A DNA stretch of 59,950 nucleotides from Fibrobacteria bacterium (GTDB lineage Bacteria > Fibrobacterota > Fibrobacteria > UBA11236): NCBI GenBank assembly GCA_039926685.1, contig JBDSWM010000350.1, positions 1 through 59,950 on the forward strand, written 5' to 3'. A program made the position numbers and the translations under genes. Shown here in pieces: positions 44,228-54,374 of the stretch; position 1 is the first letter of the stretch, and every line of letters starts with the position of its first letter. Below the pieces are notes generated by a model, which was not told the DNA's origin, did not search any database, and saw nothing but the letters and a program-made list of their open reading frames with translations.

Positions 44228-46144
44228 TCAGCGGTAACCCACCTGCTCACTACCCTCCAACGACCGGGCGCTTTCCACCAGGCCAATGAACTCGGCGCGA
44301 TGGCCTTCCAGGTCGCGACCCTTGGAACCGCGGGCCAGGGAAGCCACCTTGTCGAAATCCAGGTCGCCGCGGTATTGCGAACCGCGCAGGATGAGGCCGA
44401 AGCCGGCAGCGGCGGCGGCGAAACGGAAGTTCTCGGAGGCATCCCGCCAAGCGCCTTCCCGCGCCCGTAAGGTGCGGCTCAAGAGCTTGCTTTCGCTTCC
44501 GTTGGGCTGCTTGTAACGGAACTTGACCGTCAGCAATTCGCCCGTGGCGCCCGCCTGCCCGCTCTCCTTGGTTGAACCCAGGTTCCAATGCCAACGCGAC
44601 CCTTGGTTGCCTTGGTATTTGAGCGGGTCCACCTTGGGCCGGGACGGGGCCGCGGGCACGATCTCGTAGAGAGCGGTGACATTGGTGCCGGAACCGAGTT
44701 CGCCGGCATCCTTGCGGTCATCGTTGAAATCTTCCGCGGCCAGCATCCTGTTCTCGTATCCCACCAAGCGATAGGATTTGACCGTGGCGGGATTGAATTC
44801 GATCTGGAGCTTGACGTCCTTGGCGATGGCGAACAAGGTGCCCGCCATCTTTTCCACCAGCACCTTGCGGGCCTCGTTGATATTGTCGATATAGAAATAG
44901 TTGCCGTTGCCCTTGTCGGCCAATTGCTCCATCTTGGCGTCCTTGAGATTGCCGGTGCCGAAGCCGAGCACGGAAAGGAATACTCCGGATTTGCGTTTCT
45001 CCTCGATGAGCCGGACCAATTCCGCGTCCGAGGAAACCCCCACATTGAAGTCGCCATCCGTGGCCAGGATCACGCGGTTGCTTCCGCCCTGGATGAAGCC
45101 CTGGGCCGCGGCCTGATAGGCCAACAGCAAACCGGCTCCCCCGGCGGTGGATCCGCCCGCCTGCAATTGGCCCAGGGCCTGGCGGATGCTTTCCTTGTCG
45201 GAACCGGCGGTGGGCGGCAGCACCATGCCCGCGGCCCCGGCGTAGACCACTATGGAGATGCGGTCCTGAGGACGCAACTGATCGATAAGCATGCGGAAGG
45301 CGTCCTTCAGGAGCGGCAGCTTTTCGGGCGAGTCCATGGAACCGGATACGTCGATGAGGAAAACCAGGTTGGTGGGCGGAAGCTTCCCGGCATCCATGCG
45401 CTTGCCCTGCAAACCGATATGCACCAGCTTGGTATCCGGGTTCCAGGGCGTGTCGGCCACCTCGGTGGTGATCGAAAAGGGATCGGAGCCGGAAGGTTGC
45501 GGGTAGTCATAGTCGAAATAGTTGATGAACTCCTCGATCCGGACCGCTTCAGCTGGCGGCAATCGGCCTTCCTGCAAGAAGCGGCGGGTGTTGGAATAGG
45601 AGGCGCCGTCCACGTCTATGGAGAAGGTGGACAGGGGGTTGGCGCGCGCATCCAGAAAGCCGTTCTCGAATAGGCTCGCGTATTCCTCGCTACCCGTACC
45701 GGTATTGGGAGGAGCCGGACACCGATAGCAGCGCGCGAACTCCCGGTCGCGGTCCGCTTCTCCGGAGGGGGAAGCCATATTGCCCATGATATAAGCGGCG
45801 CTGACCCCGGGCTGGGATCCGGTTTTACGCTTATCCAGCGTAGATGCGGTTCCCTTGCCCACTAGCTGGGCGGGGTATGGGGATGCCGCCTTTTTGGGGG
45901 AGGGATAAAGGCGATCCAGGATATCCTTTCCCGCCCGCTCGCGATCCGGCCGTCCCGACGGCGCGCCCGTTCCCGCGCTGGAAACGACGGGAGCGGCCAA
46001 TTCCGAAGGCTCCTCTTCCTTGGTTTGCGTGGCTAGCGGTGTTTGCTCGGTTTGCGGCGACAGCTCCGCTTTTTTGACCGTGCAGGCGGCCAGGATAAGG
46101 GCGGCGGAGCAAAGGGCGGTGATGACTTTGGCTCGATTAAACAT
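44228..46144 (-). CDS. von Willebrand factor type A (YfbK-like) lipoprotein
   Basis: Lipobox LILAAC. MIDAS motif VFLIDVSGSMDS, plus ILATDGDFNVG. C-terminal YfbK-like domain. Confidence 0.8.
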   Translation of the reverse strand: MFNRAKVITALCSAALILAACTVKKAELSPQTEQTPLATQTKEEEPSELAAPVVSSAGTGAPSGRPDRERAGKDILDRLYPSPKKAASPYPAQLVGKGTASTLDKRKTGSQPGVSAAYIMGNMASPSGEADRDREFARCYRCPAPPNTGTGSEEYASLFENGFLDARANPLSTFSIDVDGASYSNTRRFLQEGRLPPAEAVRIEEFINYFDYDYPQPSGSDPFSITTEVADTPWNPDTKLVHIGLQGKRMDAGKLPPTNLVFLIDVSGSMDSPEKLPLLKDAFRMLIDQLRPQDRISIVVYAGAAGMVLPPTAGSDKESIRQALGQLQAGGSTAGGAGLLLAYQAAAQGFIQGGSNRVILATDGDFNVGVSSDAELVRLIEEKRKSGVFLSVLGFGTGNLKDAKMEQLADKGNGNYFYIDNINEARKVLVEKMAGTLFAIAKDVKLQIEFNPATVKSYRLVGYENRMLAAEDFNDDRKDAGELGSGTNVTALYEIVPAAPSRPKVDPLKYQGNQGSRWHWNLGSTKESGQAGATGELLTVKFRYKQPNGSESKLLSRTLRAREGAWRDASENFRFAAAAAGFGLILRGSQYRGDLDFDKVASLARGSKGRDLEGHRAEFIGLVESARSLEGSEQVGYR

Positions 46145-46258
46145 GGCGGTATCTCCCTGGGTTGCGTTTCACAGTGCGGGCAATCGGCCCGCGGGTTCGA
46201 GCTTAAGACCGAACCTTTCCGGAAAAGTTCCCAGGAGGAAGGAAAAAAATTTCAGGGC

Positions 46259-47335
46259 TTATTTTGGGGGAGGAGCGACACGTAAGTCAAATGAAAGGGG
46301 GGCGGCCGCCCGGGCAGGTAGCGGGCCATCCTGCCGGCCCAACGTTCCGTATCGTTCCAGATAGGGTTTCAATTCCGCGACCCTGGAAGCGGGCACCTGC
46401 AGCCAGTACCAGATCGGTCCGCCGTCCGAATGCGGCACCACCTCCACGCCCATGGCCTGCAAGCCCGCCAGCAGCGTAGGGCCCTCGCCTGCCTTCCGCA
46501 ATTGGAGGTTGATCGCGTGTAGGGACGCCTGCTTCACCGACGCAAGGGTTCCGGGAGAATCAGAGGATTCCTTTTTTTCCTCACTTGAGGCTTTGCCTGC
46601 ATAGGTTTCCGTCGATCCAGAAGGCTGGGCCCCGGAAGGGGCGAAGGCAGCATAGGGTACGGAGGCCAGGGTAGGAGCAGGGGCACTGGCTACCACGGGT
46701 TCCCGCGCCGCCGATCCCGGCGCGGAAGAGGCCATGGGCTTGGCTTTCCGATTGGCCAACTCCGGCTCGGAGTAGCCTTGTTTTTTCGCGCTCAGCGCGG
46801 ATCGCATGCTTTCCATAGCTTTGGTCGGCGGCGACTTGCCGTCTTCTTCCCGGCCATCAGTCTCGTTTCCGGCTGCGGCTTCGTCCTGCACGGCCTCGGC
46901 CGGTTCGCCGCTCCCGGCGGCTTCCTTCGCGGATGCGGTTAAGGGGATCAAGGCGGGCGCTTCCGATAGGCGGCCGCCCCGCTCATAGAGATAGGCGGTG
47001 ATGACGGTGATGCCGAGTACGGTCAGGACCGCGATTTGCATCGGAATGGCACGCACGGGCCGCATGAACCCGAGCAAGAAGGCTTTCCATGGCGAGGGCT
47101 GCGGCAACCGCGCCCGCACATCGGCCAGGAAATTCGCCGGGGCTTTCGCCGCCTCCAGACCGGTCATCTCCCGGAAATAGGCGCGCACCACCTGCAGTTC
47201 GCGCAGGCAATCCGGGCAATTTCGCAAATGCGCCTCGGCCGCCGCATGGGCATGCGCGTCCAGCGCGCCTTCCGCATAGTCGCAGAGCGTGTCGCCTTCG
47301 AGATGCCTGCCTTTAGTTTCCATGCCTTCCCGCAA
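46259..47335 (-). CDS. anti-sigma factor (zf-HC2) with one TM and Ala/Ser/Pro-rich extracytoplasmic region
   Basis: H-x3-C-x2-C motif AHLRNCPDCLREL. TM helix IPMQIAVLTVLGITVITAYLY. Lies directly downstream of the ECF sigma gene. Confidence 0.75.
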   Translation of the reverse strand: MREGMETKGRHLEGDTLCDYAEGALDAHAHAAAEAHLRNCPDCLRELQVVRAYFREMTGLEAAKAPANFLADVRARLPQPSPWKAFLLGFMRPVRAIPMQIAVLTVLGITVITAYLYERGGRLSEAPALIPLTASAKEAAGSGEPAEAVQDEAAAGNETDGREEDGKSPPTKAMESMRSALSAKKQGYSEPELANRKAKPMASSAPGSAAREPVVASAPAPTLASVPYAAFAPSGAQPSGSTETYAGKASSEEKKESSDSPGTLASVKQASLHAINLQLRKAGEGPTLLAGLQAMGVEVVPHSDGGPIWYWLQVPASRVAELKPYLERYGTLGRQDGPLPARAAAPLSFDLRVAPPPK

Positions 47336-47342
47336 TCCTATC

Positions 47343-48029
47343 CTAACCGGCGCCGCCCGGCCAACCCAAAGCGGCCAGTACCAGGGCCAGAAAATAATCC
47401 CGCAGCCATTCTTGCAATTGCCGGCGGCCGCGATTGAGCCTCGATTTCAAGGTGCCCGGATTGAGGCCGGTGCTTTCCGCGATTTCCTCGTAAGAGCGGC
47501 CCTCGATATCGCGAAGCACCACCAGGATCCGCTGGTCCTCGGGAAGCCGCGCGATGGCCGCCTCGATGCTTTCCCGCTTGCCGCGGGCATCCATTACCTG
47601 GGCGGGGGAGGGCGACGAAGGGGCCGCATCGCTTTCGGCCGCCTCCAGGCCGCGATGCAGCTTGGCCTGCCGATGCGGACGGGAGGTCAATTTGTTCTTG
47701 CAGGTATTCACGGCGATGCGGTACAGCCAGCTGGAAAATTTGGACTCCATGCGGAAGGCGGCGAGGCCGTGGAAAACCTTCACGAAGGTTTCCTGCGCCG
47801 CATCCTCCGCATCGTCGCGATTGCCGGCCAGCATGCGCAGGCATAAGCCGAAGATCCGATCCTTGTGCCTGTGCACCAATCGGTTGAATCCCTCTTCCTT
47901 GCCATCTTGGAATTTCCGCACCCATTCGCGATCCTCCGCTTCGCCGGGATCCATTCCGGATCCGGGTCCGCTTTCATCCCCGGAGGGCGGACCCGCGGAA
48001 AGCGCTTCCCTTCCCATCAGGTTAGACAA
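47343..48029 (-). CDS. ECF (sigma-E type) RNA polymerase sigma factor
   Basis: Region 2: DAEDAAQETFVKVFHGLAAFRMESKFSSWLYRIAVNTCKN. Region 4: LPEDQRILVVLRDIEGRSYEEIAESTGLNPGTLKSRLNRGRRQL. The true start may be the internal ATG (MDPGEAEDREW). Confidence 0.9.
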   Translation of the reverse strand: MSNLMGREALSAGPPSGDESGPGSGMDPGEAEDREWVRKFQDGKEEGFNRLVHRHKDRIFGLCLRMLAGNRDDAEDAAQETFVKVFHGLAAFRMESKFSSWLYRIAVNTCKNKLTSRPHRQAKLHRGLEAAESDAAPSSPSPAQVMDARGKRESIEAAIARLPEDQRILVVLRDIEGRSYEEIAESTGLNPGTLKSRLNRGRRQLQEWLRDYFLALVLAALGWPGGAG

Positions 48030-48071
48030 GGTTTTCCGGAAAATGTTCCGCCACGGCGGAAAGAGGTGCTT

Positions 48072-48782
48072 TCACAAGGGATCGCCGGCTTTGGACCAAT
48101 AAAAGCGGGTGACGCCGAGCAGCAAGGCCTGGAGCCGCTTGGGATCCGTGCCCAGGGCCTTGGCGGCGGCATGCAGGGAGTTGGTTTGCAGATCCAAGGT
48201 GAGGAAATGGGATTTGTCGATGCGGCCCGAGCCGGCGCCCAGCAGGCTTTGCGACAAGTCCCAGCGCTCCGGGGCCAAGGTGCCGGTGCTGTCGTACACG
48301 GTGGCGACGGCCTGGAGATCGGCCTGGGTGGGACGGCGGAACGGCGGGCCGAGCTTGCCGAGGGAGTCGATTTGCGACTGGGTGGGAATCCCGCCGGTTA
48401 CCGTGATCTTGCCCCCGCGCAGCTCGGCCATGCCCACCCAATTTGAGGCCTCCGCCATGGCGGAGTCTTCCGCGATGAAGACGGAGATCCAATCGGCTTT
48501 GGGAAAGGAACGATGCAATGTCTTGAGGGCCCCATAACCGGTAGGCAACACCTGTTCCGGTTTGAGGCCGTAGGGCGTGACCGCCACGGCCAGCACCGGA
48601 CGGCCGCCCTTGCCGTCCTCCCTGACGGTCAAATGCGTATTGGAGGCGTAGCCCACCAGTTTTTCCGCGGGGAACAAATCCTGGTTGCCCCCCGCGCTGA
48701 GCTTCTCACGGGACTGGAAAACGGCCAGACCTCCGGCGCAGATGGCCGCCAGGATGGCCAGGATGATGATTTTCTTGTCCAA
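48072..48782 (-). CDS. hypothetical membrane-anchored periplasmic protein
   Basis: N-terminal anchor MDKKIIILAILAAICAGGLAVF. No recognisable motif. Lies 42 nt upstream of the ECF sigma gene on the same strand. Confidence 0.5.
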   Translation of the reverse strand: MDKKIIILAILAAICAGGLAVFQSREKLSAGGNQDLFPAEKLVGYASNTHLTVREDGKGGRPVLAVAVTPYGLKPEQVLPTGYGALKTLHRSFPKADWISVFIAEDSAMAEASNWVGMAELRGGKITVTGGIPTQSQIDSLGKLGPPFRRPTQADLQAVATVYDSTGTLAPERWDLSQSLLGAGSGRIDKSHFLTLDLQTNSLHAAAKALGTDPKRLQALLLGVTRFYWSKAGDPL

Positions 48783-48844
48783 GTCGTCCTCCTAAGGGGT
48801 GGAATGCGTAAAATCTAATTATCGCGGGCCCGGGGACTTCAGAG

Positions 48845-49483
48845 CTAGTCTATCCGCTCCTCGGCCTGTGTCTCGCGGGCCATGATTTCATCCCACAGGG
48901 CATCCACCTGCTCGCGCAGGTATTCCTTGGTGGTTTCGTTCTTGATGATGAAATCCGCATGCTGGATCTTGCTTTCCTCCGGCAGCTGGCTGTCGATGCG
49001 GGCCATGGCGTCCTCTTCAGAGAGGCCGCTGCGTTCCATCAAGCGCTCCAGGCGTACCGGAGTGGATGCGGATACGAAGACGAGATAATCGACCTCTTTC
49101 GCGAAGCCGAGTTCCACAATCAAGGCGGCGTCCAGGACCAACCGGTTCATGACGCGCTGCGAGGAGCGGATGCGTTCGCGGATGGCGTTGATCAGGGCCG
49201 GATGCACGATGCGGTTGAGGGTCGCCATGGCTTCGGGACGCCCGAAAACCAGGCTGCCGAGCTTCTTGCGGTTGAGCGTCCCGTTGTCGAGGATGACGCC
49301 GCCCCCGAACTCCGCACCCAGCTGCTGCACCAGAGTGCGATCATATCCGTAAAGCTCATGACCGACCGCGTCCGCATCGACCAGGGCGCAGCCCTTTTGT
49401 TGCAGCAACCGGGCAGTCTCGGATTTGCCGCTGGCGATATTCCCGGTCACCCCTATGATCAAGCGGGCCACTTCTGATTCCAA
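48845..49483 (-). CDS. coaE: dephospho-CoA kinase
   Basis: P-loop IGVTGNIASGKS. About 200 aa. Downstream of polA, as in many bacteria. Confidence 0.9.
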   Translation of the reverse strand: MESEVARLIIGVTGNIASGKSETARLLQQKGCALVDADAVGHELYGYDRTLVQQLGAEFGGGVILDNGTLNRKKLGSLVFGRPEAMATLNRIVHPALINAIRERIRSSQRVMNRLVLDAALIVELGFAKEVDYLVFVSASTPVRLERLMERSGLSEEDAMARIDSQLPEESKIQHADFIIKNETTKEYLREQVDALWDEIMARETQAEERID

Positions 49484-49564
49484 TATGCGGGCATGAGCGG
49501 ATTCCTTCCTGGGCCCGCTCCCGGAATCGGGATTCCGGATCGGACCGATAGCAAGATAGCTCCG

Positions 49565-52459
49565 TCAGCTATGCGCGTCCAACCAAGTGAAACCCGTCCC
49601 GATTTCCACCACCAAAGGGACTTCCAATTGCATCGCGCCTTCCATTTCGGTCTTGATCAGGGCGGAAGCGCGATCCACATCGGCCTTGTCGACCTCGAAG
49701 ACCAATTCGTCATGCACCTGCAAAAGCATATCGCAGCGCAGGGTCGAGGCCTTGAGGAGATGATGGATCCGGATCATGGCGATTTTGATCAGGTCCGCCG
49801 CGCTTCCCTGGATGGGCGTATTGGCGGCGATGCGTTCGGCGTTCTCTTTGGCGAGGCGATTGTCGGAAAGCAGATCCGGCAGGTAGCGGCGGCGGCCGGC
49901 CAGGGTTTCCACGTAGCCGTCGCGGCGACCCTTATCCACGGTGGAGGTCATGTATTTCTCGACCATGGCGAAAGTGGTGAAGTAATTCTCGATGAACTTG
50001 GACGCCTCCGCCCGCGATATGCGCAGCTGGGAGGCCAGGCGTTGCGCGCCCATGCCGTAAAGCACGCCGAAATTCACCACTTTGGCGCTGCGGCGCATGA
50101 CCGAGGTGACCTCCGCTTCCGGCACCTTGTACAGGCTGGCCGCCGTGCGGGTATGGATGTCCAGGTTCTGGCGGTAGGCATCGCGCAAGGCGGGATCGCC
50201 GCTCAGATGCGCCAGCAGGCGCAATTCGATTTGGGAATAGTCCGCGCATAATAGCACGCGATCGGGCGTGGAAGCGGTGAAGCATTTGCGGATGACGCGG
50301 CCGAGCTCGGTGCGGATGGGGATGTTCTGCAGGTTGGGGTTGATGCTGGAGAGCCGGCCGGTGGCCGCGATGACCTGGGAATAATTGGTGTGGATGCGCG
50401 CCGTCTTGGGATGCACCATTGTGGGCAGCGCTTCCACATAGGTGTTCTGCAGCTTTGTGTATTCCCGATGGTCGAGCAGATTGGCGATGATCTCGTGCTG
50501 GCCCTCCAGCTTGGAAAGCACATCCGCGTCCGTGGAAAAGCCCGTCTTGGTCTTCTTGCCGGTATCGAGCCCCAGTTTCACGAACAGGATTTCCTGGAGC
50601 TGCTTGGGGGATCCGATGTTGAACTCGCCGCCGGCCAGTTCGTGGATCTTCTTTTCCAGGCGGATGATTTCCTCCGCCAAGCGCAAGGACAGGACCTTCA
50701 GCGCATCCACGTCCAGCGTGATGCCTTTTCCTTCCATAGCCAGGAGTACCGGCAGCAGGGCCATCTCCATTTCGAAATAGAGGTTGTCGAGATTCTTCTC
50801 GCGCAACTCCTCCCGGTACAATTCCCATAGGCGGAAGGTGAAGTCGGCGTCCTCGGCGCCGTACTGGCAGGCCTCGGCGATGGGTACTTCCGAGAAATTC
50901 TTCTGCTTGCCGGCAGATCCCTTGGCGCCCTTGGCGGCTTTGCCAATCAGGGCATCGATGGGGATCATGGCATGCCCGAAGTGGCGCAAGGCCAGATCGT
51001 CCAGGGAGAGATGGCGCTCCCCGGGATTGACCAGATAGGCCGCCACCATGGTATCCGCTAATTTGCCGGGCCGTTCGATCTCCGCAGGCAGGAGACCATG
51101 GCGTTCCAGGATGGGGAGATCGTATTTGGCATTATGGAACAGGACGCGCTTGGACGGATCGTCGAATACCGGCTTGAGGGCTTTCTGGACGGACTCCAGG
51201 GAGAGGTTGCGCCCTTCGCGATGGCCGATGGGTAAGTAGAACCCGGCGTCGGCGGCGATGGAGAGGCATAGCCCCACCAGTTCGGCCACCTTGTTGTCCA
51301 AATCCGTGGTTTCCGTATCGATGGCGATCAAGGGGGACGATCGCAACCGATCGGCGAGGCGGGCGAGCAGTTCCGGCGTGTCGATCAATTCGTAGCGGGG
51401 ATTGTCGGTGCGGACGGGAGCGGCGGCTTTTTCGGCATCCGCGCCTCCCGCGGAGGCGGTAGCAGGGGCCTTTCCGCTTCCGGCCTGGCCCTTTCCGGAA
51501 GCGGGTTCCGCCGTCGCGGCGGCCCCGTTCCCCGCGAAGGCGGGATCGCTCCCGGCCGAAGCCGCGCGGGCCGCAGTAACCGCGGCGGTACCCGACCCAG
51601 CCACCAGCCTTACCAGGGACTTGAGCTCCCATTCCACCAGGAAGGCCGAGGTCGCCTCCGCGGCCACGCCGGGGAAGCGCAAATCGTCCAGCCCCAGGGG
51701 CAGTTCCAATGCGCAATTCAGCGTCACCAGTTTTTGCGACAGGAAGGCGCTTTCCCTATCGTTCTTCAGGTTCTCGCGCAGGCCTTTTTTGGGTATGTTT
51801 TCCACGAACTCGTAGATGCGTTCCAGGGTTCCGTACGTTTCGATCAATTCCACCGCGGTCTTGGGCCCGATCTTGGCCACGCCCGGCACGTTGTCGGAAG
51901 CGTCCCCTATCAAGGACAGGTAGTCGACGATCTTGTCGGGCGGCACGCCCATCTTCTCTTTCACTTCCTTGGCGCCGATCACGAGCGAGTCCGCCTTGGC
52001 CTTACCCAGATCGAAAAGGAAGACGTTGTCGTCCACCAATTGCATCATGTCCTTGTCGCGCGTGACAATGTATACCTTCATTCCGCGGTCGCGGGCCTGG
52101 CATGCCAGGGTGGCCATCACGTCATCGGCCTCGAAGCCTTCCAAGGCCACCGTGCGCAATCCGGTGATGCCCACGAACTCATCGATGATGGGCAGCTGGG
52201 CGGCCAGGCCTTCCGGCATGGGCTTGCGATGCGCTTTGTATTCCTTGTAAAGCGCATGGCGGAAAGTCTTCTTGGGCAGGTCCTTCACGAAGGCGATATG
52301 CGTGGGCTTGCATTCCTGGACCAGGCGCAGCATATGCGATGCGAACCCGAAAATCGCCGAGGTCTCCTGGCCTTTGGAGTTCTTGAGCGGATTGTTGATG
52401 AAGGCGTAGAAGGATCGGAAGGCCAAGGCCGAAACGTCGATCAGGTAAAGCGAATCCAT
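49565..52459 (-). CDS. polA: DNA polymerase I
   Basis: 5' nuclease N-terminus (LIDVSALAFRSFYA). A 3'-5' exo-like domain preceded by an Ala-rich linker. Pol motif A CADYSQIELRLLAH, motif B RRSAKVVNFGVLYGM and motif C QVHDELVFEV. Confidence 0.97.
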   Translation of the reverse strand: MDSLYLIDVSALAFRSFYAFINNPLKNSKGQETSAIFGFASHMLRLVQECKPTHIAFVKDLPKKTFRHALYKEYKAHRKPMPEGLAAQLPIIDEFVGITGLRTVALEGFEADDVMATLACQARDRGMKVYIVTRDKDMMQLVDDNVFLFDLGKAKADSLVIGAKEVKEKMGVPPDKIVDYLSLIGDASDNVPGVAKIGPKTAVELIETYGTLERIYEFVENIPKKGLRENLKNDRESAFLSQKLVTLNCALELPLGLDDLRFPGVAAEATSAFLVEWELKSLVRLVAGSGTAAVTAARAASAGSDPAFAGNGAAATAEPASGKGQAGSGKAPATASAGGADAEKAAAPVRTDNPRYELIDTPELLARLADRLRSSPLIAIDTETTDLDNKVAELVGLCLSIAADAGFYLPIGHREGRNLSLESVQKALKPVFDDPSKRVLFHNAKYDLPILERHGLLPAEIERPGKLADTMVAAYLVNPGERHLSLDDLALRHFGHAMIPIDALIGKAAKGAKGSAGKQKNFSEVPIAEACQYGAEDADFTFRLWELYREELREKNLDNLYFEMEMALLPVLLAMEGKGITLDVDALKVLSLRLAEEIIRLEKKIHELAGGEFNIGSPKQLQEILFVKLGLDTGKKTKTGFSTDADVLSKLEGQHEIIANLLDHREYTKLQNTYVEALPTMVHPKTARIHTNYSQVIAATGRLSSINPNLQNIPIRTELGRVIRKCFTASTPDRVLLCADYSQIELRLLAHLSGDPALRDAYRQNLDIHTRTAASLYKVPEAEVTSVMRRSAKVVNFGVLYGMGAQRLASQLRISRAEASKFIENYFTTFAMVEKYMTSTVDKGRRDGYVETLAGRRRYLPDLLSDNRLAKENAERIAANTPIQGSAADLIKIAMIRIHHLLKASTLRCDMLLQVHDELVFEVDKADVDRASALIKTEMEGAMQLEVPLVVEIGTGFTWLDAHS

Positions 52460-52514
52460 GCTGGTTCCGTGGGGACTGGGTGGCTAAAGGGCCCCTAGCG
52501 CGCGGGACCGGAAT

Positions 52515-53486
52515 TCACAAATCGAGCTTGGAGACGATGGAATCCTTTTCCCGTTCGGATTCCTTAGCCATCTCCTTCTCCCTGTCCGCGTCCGGAGCCT
52601 TGGCGGGCTCCAAGTTGACGGTCAAGGCCTGTGTGGCCTCCATGTTCAAGGCCACGGCTTCCTTGATGCGCTCCACGGCCTGGTCCATGCTCAATGGCAG
52701 CTTGGCGGAGCCCAGCACGCCTTCCGCCTGCAAGCGCAGGAAGAGGCGGGGAATGGCGGGCAGGCTCACCGAAGCCAGCTTCAGGATTTCATCGTTGGCG
52801 AGGACCTTCTGGGGCTCGTCGATGATGAGGAGGCGGCCTTCGCCCAATACGGCGACCCGATCGGTCAGCTCCAGGATATCCTCGAGGCGATGGGATGAGA
52901 CGATGATGCAAAGCCCGCGGCTTTTCAGCTCCTTCAAGGTTGAGATGGTATCCCTGACGCCCACTTGGTCCAGATCGGAAAGCGGTTCATCCAGGAGCAG
53001 CATGGAAGGATCGGCGATCAAGCCCATGGCCAAGGCGATGCGGCGGCGCTCGCCGGTGGACATCTCATCCAGGTACCATTCCTTGGCCTGCTTCATGCGG
53101 ACCAGCTTGAGCACGAAGTCGACCTTCTCGCGGATGACGCGGCCTTCGTAGCCCATCAAGCGGCAGGCGCGCGCGAGCTCATCTTCGACGGTGGGGCCGA
53201 CCAGCTGGCTTTCCGGATTCTGCTCCACCAGATTCACGAACTCGTTCAGCCTTTTGTTGGAGAATTCTTCGATGGCGCGGCCGTTGTAATGGATATTGCC
53301 GTCGGTCTTATCCATGTAACCGGCGAGGATCTTCATCAAGGTCGTCTTGCCCGCGCCGTTGGCGCCCACCAAGCCCACGATCTCGCCCTGGAGCAGTTCC
53401 ATGCTGATCTTGTCCAGAGCATTGTTTCCCGCAGGGTAGTTGAAAACGACGCTTTCGAGGGTCGCAACTTTTTTCGTCTCGCTCAT
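52515..53486 (-). CDS. ABC transporter ATP-binding protein (EcfA/CbiO-like) with ~90-aa C-terminal extension
   Basis: Walker A GANGAGKTT, signature-like MSTGERRRIALA, Walker B LLLDEP and an H-loop SSHR. No permease gene is adjacent. Confidence 0.8.
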   Translation of the reverse strand: MSETKKVATLESVVFNYPAGNNALDKISMELLQGEIVGLVGANGAGKTTLMKILAGYMDKTDGNIHYNGRAIEEFSNKRLNEFVNLVEQNPESQLVGPTVEDELARACRLMGYEGRVIREKVDFVLKLVRMKQAKEWYLDEMSTGERRRIALAMGLIADPSMLLLDEPLSDLDQVGVRDTISTLKELKSRGLCIIVSSHRLEDILELTDRVAVLGEGRLLIIDEPQKVLANDEILKLASVSLPAIPRLFLRLQAEGVLGSAKLPLSMDQAVERIKEAVALNMEATQALTVNLEPAKAPDADREKEMAKESEREKDSIVSKLDL

Positions 53487-53702
53487 ATCGGTTCACCCCT
53501 AAATTCTTCGGACTTCGGCAACCCGAGGATTCCCATGCATCGCGATCGAAGCCCCATCGAAAATTAGGAAAATAATCTCTATTTTGCTTGCTTGGCCCCG
53601 GTCCCTGGGGGATTTCCAAACCGTCCCCGGGCGCTTCCGCGGGCCCATGTTCCCGGGCCCGGCGGCATGCTTCCGGCCCGGACAGAAAAGGCGATTACGC
53701 GA

Positions 53703-54368
53703 ATGACCATGGATGACCGCACATTAAAACGCTGCCAGGTAAAGGTTTGCGGTATCCGCGAGCCCGCCGAAGCCGCCGCCCTGGACGGCATGGGGGTGGA
53801 ATGGATCGGCTTCAACTTCCACCCCAGCAGCCCCCGGCATATCAGCGCCCAGGCCGCCGCGCCCATCATCCGCGCCTTGCGGCACGCGATACCGGTTGGG
53901 GTTTTTGTGGACGCGGACCCTGATTTTGTGATCAACGTAACGACTTCTACTGGAATTAGCTACGTGCAATTGCACGGGAATGAAAACTGGGATTATATCG
54001 CGCGCATGCCCGTTCCCGTCATCAAAGCCGTGCCGCATACACGGATCGCCGATTTGGGCGGATTGCGGGGACAGGTGGAAGCGGCCCTGAGCGGCGGGAA
54101 TGCTTCCCCATTGGCTTATTTCATGGTGGACACCCAGGCCGGCGGCGGCTTCGGCGGCAGCGGCAAGGCTTTCGATTGGAAGCTCCTGGACGCGCAAGCC
54201 TTCCCGCTCCCTTATTTCCTGGCGGGCGGGCTGGGTCCGCAAAACCTGGCGGATGCGCTCGCTGCCTGCGAGCCCTTCGCGGTGGATTTGAACAGCAAGG
54301 TGGAATCGGCGCCGGGCCGCAAGGATCTGGAGAAGATCAAAGCCTGCCTGGAAATAGCGGGACGTTGA
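53703..54368 (+). CDS. trpF: phosphoribosylanthranilate isomerase
   Basis: From the ATG at 53703: VKVCGIREPAEAAALDGMGVEWIGFNFHPSSPR, VQLHG, and FLAGGLGPQNL. The upstream part of ORF 53592.. looks non-coding. Confidence 0.85.
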   Translation: MTMDDRTLKRCQVKVCGIREPAEAAALDGMGVEWIGFNFHPSSPRHISAQAAAPIIRALRHAIPVGVFVDADPDFVINVTTSTGISYVQLHGNENWDYIARMPVPVIKAVPHTRIADLGGLRGQVEAALSGGNASPLAYFMVDTQAGGGFGGSGKAFDWKLLDAQAFPLPYFLAGGLGPQNLADALAACEPFAVDLNSKVESAPGRKDLEKIKACLEIAGR

Positions 54369-54374
54369 TCCCCG

